Below, piece after piece: positions 39,017 through 48,500 of a DNA stretch of 64,000 nucleotides. The first letter of the stretch is position 1. Each line of letters opens with the position of its first letter. The stretch lies in the IMG/VR virus record IMGVR_UViG_3300042445_001485, one strand, 5' to 3'. Source of the DNA: a virus. Its lineage: Duplodnaviria; Caudoviricetes. A program made the translations under genes and the position numbers. The notes under the pieces are model-generated. The model worked only from the letters and a program-made list of their open reading frames with translations. It made no database searches and had not been told where the DNA came from.

Positions 39017-39403
39017 CTATGTTAGGTTATGTTTCTTTTTATAGTCTTCAACGGCTGCGTAAATTGCCGATTCGGCCAGGATACTGCAATGTATTTTGAC
39101 TGGTGGAAGAGCCAACTCCTCAGCGATGTCGCTGTTTTTAATACTTGACGCTTGATCAAGTGACATGCCTTTGACAAGTTCTGTGATGAGCGAAGAGGAA
39201 GCGATTGCAGATCCGCATCCATATGTCTTGAAACGAGCATCTCTAATAATACCATGTTCATCTACCTTTATTTGTAACTTCATTACATCGCCACAAGCCG
39301 GCGCTCCCACCATGCCGGTGCCAACATCGGCATCACTGGCATCAAATTTGCCCACATTGCGCGGATTTTCGTAGTGGTCAACCACTTTTTCTGAATAGGC
39401 CAT
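39017..39403 (-). CDS. iscU: Fe-S cluster scaffold IscU
   Basis: YSEKVVDHYENPRNVG, APACGDVM, FKTYGCGSAIASSS, LPPVKIHCS. Confidence 0.97.
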   Translation of the reverse strand: MAYSEKVVDHYENPRNVGKFDASDADVGTGMVGAPACGDVMKLQIKVDEHGIIRDARFKTYGCGSAIASSSLITELVKGMSLDQASSIKNSDIAEELALPPVKIHCSILAESAIYAAVEDYKKKHNLT

Positions 39404-39534
39404 TATTGTACATCTTCCGTGTGTTTATGTTTGTGAGACTTTTTAAGAATCTTGAGCCATACCTGTTTCTCTTTGACACCATCATGTGCAAAGATGGCCT
39501 TGTACATCTTTTTTCTTAGTTTGCGTAGCTTCAT
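39403..39534 (-). CDS. Small basic protein (MKLRKLRKK..., 43 aa)
   Basis: Read manually; coupled on both sides. Confidence 0.55.
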   Translation of the reverse strand: MKLRKLRKKMYKAIFAHDGVKEKQVWLKILKKSHKHKHTEDVQ

Positions 39535-39845
39535 TGTGAGCAGGTCCTTGTTCTAGTAATGGTTCCATCAAAGTTTTGTACTTCGGTCCACACAGTACAT
39601 TGTTGACTTTGTCCATAATAAACTGTGGACGGCGCCTGTTGTATTACAACAGGTTGTTGCACAATTACAGGAGGATAGTTCCGTGCAATTTCATAACCAA
39701 TTACGCCACCGATTATGGTAGGAGCAATCCAGTTGTAATTGTGACCTGAGTGATATCCATGATGGTGATGATGATGCCTAAAACCATGTTGGGCCATGGC
39801 TGACGCACTAGCAAATGCTAAAATCAAAACTAGGATTCTTTTCAT
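39531..39845 (-). CDS. Hypothetical secreted His/Gly-rich protein
   Basis: Signal peptide, His run, SD AAGGAG. Confidence 0.7.
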   Translation of the reverse strand: MKRILVLILAFASASAMAQHGFRHHHHHHGYHSGHNYNWIAPTIIGGVIGYEIARNYPPVIVQQPVVIQQAPSTVYYGQSQQCTVWTEVQNFDGTITRTRTCSQ

Positions 39846-39933
39846 AACTATCTCCTTTAAGACTGTACATATACAACGCCATACAGGGCAGAAATGTTGA
39901 CGGTCTTATATAGTTATTTACATTATATAGGAA

Positions 39934-40353
39934 TTAACTACGATTTGCAATGGCTTTGTTAGCCATACTGGATACAACTTTTTCCGGTTCAGTTTTAACT
40001 ACATTCGCCCCTTCGGCTGATCCATCTATTTGATCTGGATCGTCCGATTCTGTGGGTTGTAGGTACACATATTTGATACCGGTGCTTTCATCATCTTTGA
40101 TATCTGCAATCAAATTCTTGACCACTTCATTGGATTTGAATGCATTCATTAGACTGGGATTACTGAAAGTTTCGTTGCCATTGTGCATGTTTATCATGTT
40201 GATCAAACTGTCCACACGCACACGAGGTACCAGGTGTTTGCCAGCACTTTGATTTCTTAGGAATTCCAAAGTGGTGATAAGGTCTATATCTCCGCGGGCT
40301 TCTGCCTCGTCTTCAACGATGTCCTCATCATAAACAAATTCATTTAAACGCAT
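39934..40353 (-). CDS. Hypothetical late protein
   Basis: 139-aa ORF starting MRLNE. Confidence 0.7.
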   Translation of the reverse strand: MRLNEFVYDEDIVEDEAEARGDIDLITTLEFLRNQSAGKHLVPRVRVDSLINMINMHNGNETFSNPSLMNAFKSNEVVKNLIADIKDDESTGIKYVYLQPTESDDPDQIDGSAEGANVVKTEPEKVVSSMANKAIANRS

Positions 40354-41054
40354 TATCTGCGCTCTCTGCCCAATTCTGCTTCACCGCCTGCGGCTGCATC
40401 AGTGGCGCCAAATGCATCACCTTCTGGTTCACCACCCATTGGTGCTTCTGCACCAGGTAGTCCGCCTTCTGGTGCGCCAGGCATACCACCCATACCACCA
40501 CCCATACCCATGTCCATACCAGCTTCTTGTTCGCCGGCCAATACACGAGCGGCACTGTCTGCTGATTCACGACCTTGCTGTAATGTCTGTGATAGGTCTT
40601 GTAGGATTGGGCTGACTGCGTTCTTAAAGCCGTCGGCCTTCTCTGAACTAATTTGATCACGGATTGTGTCTAACAGTGCAGGCATCTGCTCGTTCTGCAT
40701 CTTGCTGATCTTTTCCAACATGTCTTGGATTTCATCAACCATGCTCTTGGCGGCCAGGATTGCTTCTGACTTGGCCATTTCACTTTCAACAATGAAGTGG
40801 CGCTTGTTTTGTGCCATCCAACTGTGAATACCTTCACGGACCATCAACAATTCCATATACTGAGGATTCTTTTCAGCAACATGAATACCATGTGTACGCT
40901 TAATAGTATCTAGTCCTTCTGTAATACCAGTGGCTAGACTGTAAGCCTTTTTAAAGGTCATATTGTCAAAGTCAATTTTGAAGCCAAAGCGGCTTTCAGT
41001 AACTTTGTTTATTTTCCGTGGTGTTGGCTTGTAGCCCAGATCATTTAGTTTCAT
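40353..41054 (-). CDS. Hypothetical late protein (possible prohead core/scaffold-type)
   Basis: Coiled coil plus acidic Gly/Pro tail; TAAATA box upstream within the previous gene. Confidence 0.55.
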   Translation of the reverse strand: MKLNDLGYKPTPRKINKVTESRFGFKIDFDNMTFKKAYSLATGITEGLDTIKRTHGIHVAEKNPQYMELLMVREGIHSWMAQNKRHFIVESEMAKSEAILAAKSMVDEIQDMLEKISKMQNEQMPALLDTIRDQISSEKADGFKNAVSPILQDLSQTLQQGRESADSAARVLAGEQEAGMDMGMGGGMGGMPGAPEGGLPGAEAPMGGEPEGDAFGATDAAAGGEAELGRERR

Positions 41055-41616
41055 AGTTGTTTCCAGTTTCCCAAACTTTTAAGTATTTATTCATTCTTAA
41101 AGTTTTTTCTAATTCATTTCTAGCTTCGTTTAGCAGAAGTTGTGTATCATAGTATCTAGCGGCCAAAATATCAATGACTTCATGGTTTTTACGCTCAATT
41201 GCTCGATGCATGTTATACGAATAATGATTAAAGTCTGCTTCTAACTTACTTAGCATTTGATCTGTTCGTAGTACAGTATCAGCTGATGAATATTTTGACT
41301 GTTGATAAAGAATGCTGTATAGAACAGCACTTTTCTTGTGAGAGAATTCTGCTATCTGCTCATTGTAACGATTAAACAGTTTCCAACATGCATTGTTGTG
41401 TTTTATTACCTTGTGCAGGTTAACTTGAAGTCCATTTTTAATAGGTACAATCACTGGATTTGCACTATCAAGTATTAGTTTGTTGACTTCGGTCTTGGCC
41501 CAACTTTTTACATATGAGCTGGCCAAATCTGCGGCAGTCTCGACCAGTTCAATTTTGACTTGCCTAACTGCTTGGCGTTTGATTTTAGACTTTTTTGCTG
41601 TAGGTGATTTTGCCAT
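41041..41616 (-). CDS. Hypothetical protein
   Basis: ORF in the late block. Confidence 0.65.
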   Translation of the reverse strand: MAKSPTAKKSKIKRQAVRQVKIELVETAADLASSYVKSWAKTEVNKLILDSANPVIVPIKNGLQVNLHKVIKHNNACWKLFNRYNEQIAEFSHKKSAVLYSILYQQSKYSSADTVLRTDQMLSKLEADFNHYSYNMHRAIERKNHEVIDILAARYYDTQLLLNEARNELEKTLRMNKYLKVWETGNNYETK

Positions 41617-41791
41617 CTGTATTTTTTCGAATTAAGACATCTTTGTTGACTAGTTGATTGGCTATGTATATTTCGCGCTCGTTTAGCTCACTGCGTGACA
41701 CTCGAGTATTTGTGAATTTTCCCAGCACTTCTGCTTCTTCGTTTGTGATAGGAAGCTGTAGTTTGCCGCCGGCAATTTCAATGATTTTCAT
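41585..41791 (-). CDS. Small hypothetical protein
   Basis: 68-aa ORF starting MKIIE. Confidence 0.65.
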   Translation of the reverse strand: MKIIEIAGGKLQLPITNEEAEVLGKFTNTRVSRSELNEREIYIANQLVNKDVLIRKNTDGKITYSKKV

Positions 41792-42045
41792 TTTTGCGCT
41801 AGATGAATAACTAGAGCAACTATGGCTGTAATCAGTACACCAATTATGGTGGTACCAATGGCAATCAATTGCTTGCTCTGGCCATTATTAGATTGTTCAA
41901 TGGCTTCTTTGATGTCCACCATATGGCCCTCAATTTTTTCCATTCGGGTTTCAACCCCTATAAGTCTTTTGTCCAATTGTTCATACCTTTCAGCACATAA
42001 TTCTACGTGCGCCTCAAGGCTTTTCTTTTCAATCTCGGTGGCCAT
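41788..42045 (-). CDS. Coiled-coil + C-terminal TM protein (holin/XhlA-like architecture)
   Basis: Heptad region followed by one TM helix. Confidence 0.5.
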   Translation of the reverse strand: MATEIEKKSLEAHVELCAERYEQLDKRLIGVETRMEKIEGHMVDIKEAIEQSNNGQSKQLIAIGTTIIGVLITAIVALVIHLAQK

Positions 42046-42174
42046 ACTCTAAATTCGCTTTCAAAATGAGCGATGCGTTTCTTTGTGCCTAAGTAAGCCG
42101 TAATTGTGAGCCTTGATGGTGCCGTAGCATCAATGTAGTATTTAGTGTTTGTGCTAAAATGATATAGGTAATGT

Positions 42175-42627
42175 TTATCTTAGCAAGCCGGGCTTGAATG
42201 CAATGTTCTTGATAGCACCGTGGCTGTAAAATATAGGTAGTATAAATCTAGCTGTTTCATCTAGGCCTGTGATCACCGGTACTTGATTAAAATCTTCTTC
42301 TAATAGTGCCAACTGATCTTCATCTTTTTTATAAACATCTCTATGTTCAATGCTAAACCCCACAGCCCATATACGCTGTTCGCCTGAGTACATGTCCCCA
42401 AACAAATTTTTAACAACAAACTCTTCAACTGTGTCTGTGATGGGACCATCAGTAACAGTGGGCTGAGCCCTTATACCTAACACCTGTAATACTGTTTCCC
42501 AGTTACGCTGTTGATCACGAAGATGCTCTTCGCCGGTGTAGTTGCGAGTTATACCAGTCCTGGTAATATCAACCAGTGTAATTATTGTAAAGTGTTCTAG
42601 GTTGCTCATGCTATTACTTATGGCCAT
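42175..42627 (-). CDS. Hypothetical protein (start possibly 42609)
   Basis: ITLVDIT.TG ... QQRNWETVLQVLGIRAQP. Confidence 0.7.
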   Translation of the reverse strand: MAISNSMSNLEHFTIITLVDITRTGITRNYTGEEHLRDQQRNWETVLQVLGIRAQPTVTDGPITDTVEEFVVKNLFGDMYSGEQRIWAVGFSIEHRDVYKKDEDQLALLEEDFNQVPVITGLDETARFILPIFYSHGAIKNIAFKPGLLR

Positions 42628-42653
42628 AAAAAAAGCACAGTCGAAACTGTGCT
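42628..42653 (-). terminator. Intrinsic terminator with UUCG tetraloop
   Basis: AGCACAGT-TTCG-ACTGTGCT followed by a T-run on the minus strand. Confidence 0.9.
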
Positions 42654-42676
42654 CTTTTCGTTGAGTTAATTAAAAA

Positions 42677-43048
42677 TTAACCAAAAGTTGCGCCACTTAG
42701 GCCGCTGTAAATAGTCCATGTAGATGTCAAACCATTGGCTGCATCTGCGTCAGTTGCTAGTTTACTAGCAATTGCTGTACCACCACTTTGGTCTGCTGAG
42801 CTATCACCAACTTTAGTTGGCAAACCTTCAACCATGAATACACAGTTATCAGCGGCTGGAGTACCAACTACTGTAATTGTGCAATACTTGGCCAACACAT
42901 TAACTGCCTTTTCAAAGTTGCTGCCTGCTGCCGCATAAGCGGTATGTATACCTGTTGCCGCACATTTTACGAATTTGATATCGCGTCCAACAAATTCACC
43001 GCCTGCGCCGCCAACTGCCCAACCGTTTGTTCTTGTAAATTCTGCCAT
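42677..43048 (-). CDS. Small late virion-like protein, MAEFTRTNG paralog 1
   Basis: Ala/Gly/Thr-rich; own late promoter, strong SD and terminator. Confidence 0.65.
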   Translation of the reverse strand: MAEFTRTNGWAVGGAGGEFVGRDIKFVKCAATGIHTAYAAAGSNFEKAVNVLAKYCTITVVGTPAADNCVFMVEGLPTKVGDSSADQSGGTAIASKLATDADAANGLTSTWTIYSGLSGATFG

Positions 43049-43113
43049 TTTATTTTTCCTTTAAAATATATGGGCTATTCGCCTCATGTAAATATTTATC
43101 ATTTAGACAAAAA
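43023..43113. repeat. Direct repeat copy 1 (promoter + leader + first codons)
   Basis: About 91 bp, near-identical to 43558-43648 (offset 535). Confidence 0.95.
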
Positions 43114-43135
43114 AAGCCCGCTTCATTGCGGGCTT
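43109..43135 (-). terminator. Intrinsic terminator
   Basis: AAGCCCGC-6 nt-GCGGGCTT followed by a T-run on the minus strand. Confidence 0.9.
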
Positions 43136-43157
43136 GTCTTTATGCCAAAAACAACTA

Positions 43158-43583
43158 TTAGGCTAGTTTGATACCGCCAGTTGATGAAACTGTTGCGGCG
43201 CCAACCCAGGTGTTAGCTAGTTTGCCGATGTTACCAGCACCATCACCAGCTGTAGTAGCACGAATGTTGGCTTGCAGGAACGTATCTGTCCAACTTGAAC
43301 GCTCAACAATCACGCTCAACTGTTGATTAGAGTCTGTTTGGTATGCCAAGATCGATGCCTGACCAGCAACGATGCGTAAGATTGTCTCAACTGCACCGCC
43401 GGTTGTTAATTCTGCTGCCAAGTTGCCTGCGCCGCCGCCTGTTGGGATGATACCGGCAATTTTGTATGCTGTGATTGGAGACCCAATGCCTGTGTTGATG
43501 ATGGTTGCGTTGGCGAAAGCACGGCCGCCGCCTACATTGTTAACACCAGCTGAATCGCCGTTTGTTCTTGTAAATTCTGCCAT
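43158..43583 (-). CDS. Small late virion-like protein, MAEFTRTNG paralog 2
   Basis: Same N-terminus and upstream cassette as 42677-43048. Confidence 0.65.
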   Translation of the reverse strand: MAEFTRTNGDSAGVNNVGGGRAFANATIINTGIGSPITAYKIAGIIPTGGGAGNLAAELTTGGAVETILRIVAGQASILAYQTDSNQQLSVIVERSSWTDTFLQANIRATTAGDGAGNIGKLANTWVGAATVSSTGGIKLA

Positions 43584-43648
43584 TTTGTTTTTCCTTTAAG
43601 ATATATGGGCGTATAGCCTCATGTAAATATTTATCATTTAGACAAAAA
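43558..43648. repeat. Direct repeat copy 2
   Basis: Matches 43023-43113 apart from a few substitutions, mostly in the hairpin loop. Confidence 0.95.
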
Positions 43649-43661
43649 CTATCCGTTACCG

Positions 43662-44726
43662 TTACTTGTTAAAGTGCGCCGCACCAAAACCTGCGCGATT
43701 TACCAGTTTGATCAAGCCTTGACTAGTGGGGAATACAAATCCCTCGCCAGCTCGTTGTCCGCCTGTCCACTGTTCAAAGCCCTTGACCTGCGGTTCCAGC
43801 TGTTGAGCCAGGTTGTCCTTGAGGCGGTAAATTGCGTTCCAAATAGCAAAAACAGCCGTGAGTCCTGCTTCATTTTGTATCAAATAGCCATCGTTATTGG
43901 CACCTATTAGCAACTGCACTTGTTTGTTACTGACATTGCTCTGTAACCAGGTGGCCAATTCGTCATTGGTCTGTTTGGTAATCTTCTTGTTCATGTAGGT
44001 TTGTATTGCACTCTTGACTGTACCGGCAAGACCCGCCATGAAATCATCTGCCAACTTGCCCTGTGTGGCAACTGCTTTTTCTGCGTCTGACAATAACTTA
44101 ACAGGATTCTTTAGAGTGAATGTGATGCCTGCTGTGGGTGTCAATATGGCCACATTGCCGGCGTTGGTCAATCCTGATTTGCCATCCCATGGAGCATCAT
44201 TGAATTGATGTACAACTAGGCCACCAACTTTGCCTGCAACCAATTTTCCTAGGGCACTGGCCACAGGAATCCGATATTGTACTGTAACAGGCCCAAAAAC
44301 ATACTGACCGTCTTGGGGTTGTAATACTCCAGTCCACATCAAGTCGCCTTTGAACAGGCCTTGTGTTGAGCCCACTGCGGCTTCTAGTCCTGGCCAAATT
44401 AGTTCTATCTTGGCGTACAGGTCACTGCGGTCTGCACCGCGTTGACGATCGTACTCCACCCAGGCTTCGGGGCTGGTGGGATACACACCCTTGGCCGGCA
44501 TGTACTTGTCAGCGCACACAAACTGGCCTGCTTGATTGCGACCAAAGAACAGGGCAATACCACCATCCCACTTGATACTGCCTTTGCCGGGGTTGGCAAT
44601 AATTTCTTTTAAGGCACCAATGGATTTGGTGGCGGCCGCACTACCTGCAAAGATACTGTCCTCGGGGTGGGGAATACGGGGACCTTCGCCGGCCTCAAAT
44701 ATGTAATCTAAAAAATCTAATTTCAT
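43662..44726 (-). CDS. ATP-dependent ligase-superfamily (RNA ligase-like) protein
   Basis: KWDG (motif I), FKGDLM (III-like), EGFVF (IV), IKLVNR (V). Confidence 0.55.
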   Translation of the reverse strand: MKLDFLDYIFEAGEGPRIPHPEDSIFAGSAAATKSIGALKEIIANPGKGSIKWDGGIALFFGRNQAGQFVCADKYMPAKGVYPTSPEAWVEYDRQRGADRSDLYAKIELIWPGLEAAVGSTQGLFKGDLMWTGVLQPQDGQYVFGPVTVQYRIPVASALGKLVAGKVGGLVVHQFNDAPWDGKSGLTNAGNVAILTPTAGITFTLKNPVKLLSDAEKAVATQGKLADDFMAGLAGTVKSAIQTYMNKKITKQTNDELATWLQSNVSNKQVQLLIGANNDGYLIQNEAGLTAVFAIWNAIYRLKDNLAQQLEPQVKGFEQWTGGQRAGEGFVFPTSQGLIKLVNRAGFGAAHFNK

Positions 44727-45550
44727 ATACGATCAGCCATCACCCGGAACCAGTGGGCCGAACCGGCAGCAGGTGCTGATTCTGGAAGTTGTATGCCACT
44801 CTTGCCCAGGGTTTCACGGGCCGCGGCAATGATGGTTTGGTAGTCGGGACGCCGTTGTACAGCCGCAATGATCTTGTCTGCTGACATTAAACTGGCTAAC
44901 GGAATGCCTGTTACTTGGCTCAACATCTGTGGATCCTGGCCGCCTTCTATAGTTTGATTTGTGGCACGGTCAACCAGCCCATGTTTGTAACTCCACTTTA
45001 GTTCAGGAGCAACAGCATTAACTATGCTGGACAATATAATTTGTTTGCTCATGCCAGAGTATTGGTCGCCTTGTCGGGCACCTTTCATGGCAAATGCTTG
45101 CCACTTGGGATCGCCAAACATAAAGTCTGTTTGTGCGAATCCATTTTTGGCATTGCCATTGATGGGTGTTTTAAAGTGTACTGAGTCACCAGTTAACTCA
45201 ATCCAACCTTCTTTCCAAGCAGGAGCCAGTTTTGTTTTGGCACGATTGCGTATTTGGTCTGGGGGAATACCTTGTTGCTGACACCAACGGCTCAGTACAT
45301 CTGCCAATACTTCTTTGGTAATGGCCTTGTCGTCAACTGCTAGATCCAAGTCTCCGCTGTCGTCTTTGCGTCCTGTGCTTCCTAGCCATTTGGTAGGAAC
45401 ATCTTCTTCGTCCCGTTCTTCACTGAAATCCAATCCAGTGATTTTTTCTAGCCAGGCAATGGTGGTAGGAATTTCAGCACGAACAATGCGACGAGTGAGT
45501 TCAGCACCCTCGGCATTTTTAAATATGTTTCCACCTTCAGTTAACATCAT
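44723..45550 (-). CDS. Pol-beta superfamily nucleotidyltransferase-like protein
   Basis: LGSTGRKDDSGDLDLAVD (GS...DxD) and a third acid in QTDFM. Confidence 0.65.
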   Translation of the reverse strand: MMLTEGGNIFKNAEGAELTRRIVRAEIPTTIAWLEKITGLDFSEERDEEDVPTKWLGSTGRKDDSGDLDLAVDDKAITKEVLADVLSRWCQQQGIPPDQIRNRAKTKLAPAWKEGWIELTGDSVHFKTPINGNAKNGFAQTDFMFGDPKWQAFAMKGARQGDQYSGMSKQIILSSIVNAVAPELKWSYKHGLVDRATNQTIEGGQDPQMLSQVTGIPLASLMSADKIIAAVQRRPDYQTIIAAARETLGKSGIQLPESAPAAGSAHWFRVMADRI

Positions 45551-48500
45551 ACTCGTTCTTTCATTTTGCGTAACAATGCGGCACTAAAGTCAATGCCGGC
45601 TGTAAGTACAGGTTCTGGTTGTTTTACACCGCCACCGTTTAGTTTGGTCTGCTGGAATCCTGGTACTGCTGGAGCAGTTTGTTGTGCTTTTTTAGCGGCT
45701 TGGTCTTTCCTGAACTGATCCAAATCCAATGTGGTACCTTGTGGCTCTGGTTGTGCCGGTTGTGTAGTGGCATTGGTAGTGACAGGTACTGCCGGTTTGG
45801 TCACAGCAGGAACACCTGTGGGCGCATTGATTGTGGTCTTGCCATAGCCAGTCATTTGTTTGCTGAAGTCTGGTGTGGGCTGTGCAGGACCGCCTGCGGG
45901 TGGTGTGCCCAACTGCTTGGTCATGCGGTTCATCACATCGTTGGTGGCTGTTTGAGCTTGCTGTGTAGAAGCAGCCATTTGTCCCTGCGCCGCTGTTGCG
46001 GCATCGGCTTGCTTGGCCTTGCGAATGTCTTCTGGGCTCTGTCCAGCCGGTGTTGTAGTTGCGGCCGGAGGTGTTGCACCTGTTTTGGCCCGGTTTTTAG
46101 CAATAGATTTCTCTGTTGCATCAACTGTGCCGTCTTTGTTAAGATCGCGTGGATCCAATTTGGCAGGTGCTTGCTGTGTTGTTGCCGGAGGTGCGGCATC
46201 TGGCTGTTGCGCCAGTGGTTTGCCTGTTTCTGTATCAAACTTCTGACCTGGTTTGATGGGTTTGCCGTCGCTTTGTGTACCAAGGTCGGGAGGTGTTGCA
46301 CCTGTTGCAGGCGCTGTTTGTCCTGCTTGTTGTGTGCCACCCGGGGCTTGTTGTACTTGTGCAATTAACTTGGCACTGGCTGGATCTTTGGGATCTAATT
46401 TCTGACCACCAATTGATATTGGCTCCGCTTTGGCCGAGGCGGCAGGAGCCGTTGTGGCTACTGGTTCTTGTGCTGTTTGCTGTGCAGGTGTTTTTGCCTT
46501 GGTCAAGGCCGCTTGCTGTTCTGCTTGTTTGGCCAACATGGCCGCTATGGCAGATGGTACTTCTTTGTTTTCTGTATCGTACCATTTGTTTCCAACTTTT
46601 TTGTAGGCATGATCTTGGCCATATTCGTCTTTGATCTTGACTGAGTCTCGGCCTGCGCCCTCGCCTCCGGGTGCGTAGGCACCGCGTACTAGACTCTGTC
46701 CACCGGCGCCCATGCCCTTGCCCGACTGCACAGCTCTATTTAAATCGTTAACAGTGTCTGCAACCGCTGTGCCGCCTGTGTTGACGGCAGATCCCATATT
46801 ATCCAGGCTTTTTTGGTAGTTACTTGTCCTGCGATCGGAGGTGGTAACATCATTGCCGGTGTCTGTGGTACCCTGTGCTGTGGCGGATGCAGAACCAGGT
46901 GCCGCAGGTCCTTGTGATCTTGGAGTTGAGCGAGGTGCTACTCCGTATGCTTGCGGTGCCGCCCCTTGACCATAACTGGGTTGTTGTCCTTGTGGATCTT
47001 GGCCCGGCTGTGCATCTTGTTTTGCATAGGGATTGGCTTCGCCTGTGGCGCCAACTGCGTCTCCGGCTTGACTGGTACGAGCTGAATCAAAGCCGGTTTC
47101 TTGGCCTTTGGCAAATGCATCTTTGGTGCCGGCAATGGCTCCTTTGACTCCACCAATTGCGCCACCAATTGCTCCAGCGGCCTTGCCCAATAAACCTTGT
47201 CCGGGTGCTTTTGCTGGTGCTTCTGGTGCCGCTGTCACCGTGCTGGCACCTGCAGGTAATCCCAGATTTTGAAACACTTGGTCTACAGTTTCTTGCGGAA
47301 CTCCAGCACTGACCATGATGCCGGCAACTTGTCCCGAATCTGTGGGGTTGCCGGCCTTCTTCCAGGCCTGTTGCAGTTTGTCTGCTGTGACCTTGTTGGT
47401 CACATTACCGGCCTTGGTCTTTAACCAATTGCCGGCTTTCTTAAACATGTCACCAATGCCAGCTTCGGTCAAGTGTATGTTGCCACGAGGCTTGCCAACG
47501 CTTTCACGGATGTACCACATGCGGGCTGTTAGCTCGTAGTCCACATATTCGTTAATGGCCGCTACTGGGCTATGTCCTGATCTTAATAAGATACCGTTAG
47601 CCCGGGCCGCCGCTTTGTTGGCCCAATAGTTTTGTGCATTTTGTGTACCTTGGGCATCATCGGCGGCTTGCTGTTGTTGTTTTGCTGTAACTGCGGCCTG
47701 TTGGTCCGGAGTCATTTGATCCCAGGTTGGTGCAGGTTCAAATGGTTTTCCTGTTAATCTATTAGTGTCCGGCTGAGTTGCCGCGGCAGCACTGGTATCG
47801 GTTGGTGCAGGAATAGCTCCTGTATCAACTTTGTTTTGAACCATCTTGTTCAAATCAACTTGTTGTTGTCCAGCATTGGGATTGATGGGAGCTTCACCAC
47901 CTTGGTTTGGTTGTTCGCCACCAAATTGTTTCATATAGCCAGGAGACGAATTTCCACCAGATCGTTCAATTGGTGTACCATCGGGAAAAGTATCTTTACC
48001 CACTATTGGATTAGGGCTTCGTGCCTGTCCATCCCAGCCTTTGCCCGGCCCCGAATCAAATGCGCCCAAGTCCGTGCTGGATTTTAAATCATTGCTTACA
48101 GCAATATCCTGTAGTTGTGCACCGGGCATTCCGGTTGTTTGTTCAATTCTTGCTCGCTCTGCTGGATCGGCATTGATCCATTCTTGTGCGGCTTTGATAT
48201 CAACACTTTGATTTTGTGCTTGGGCATCCACTGGTAATTCACCGGTTGTTGCTTGCTGTTGTGCTTCTGCACCCCGATTCTGCATGTATGCTTGAGCACC
48301 TTGTGCCACTGCTCCGGCTATACCACCGCCTGCGGCGCCAAGTCCGGCGCCCATGGCACCTTGCTTCAATGCACCTGTTAGGCCTTGACCTTGCATGAGT
48401 CCTCTAACAGCACCTGTCAGGCCACCCACCACAGTACCTGTTAAAGCACCTGTGGCTGCCATACCTAGGCCTAGTCCAGCAATGGCAGGACCAGCCACCA

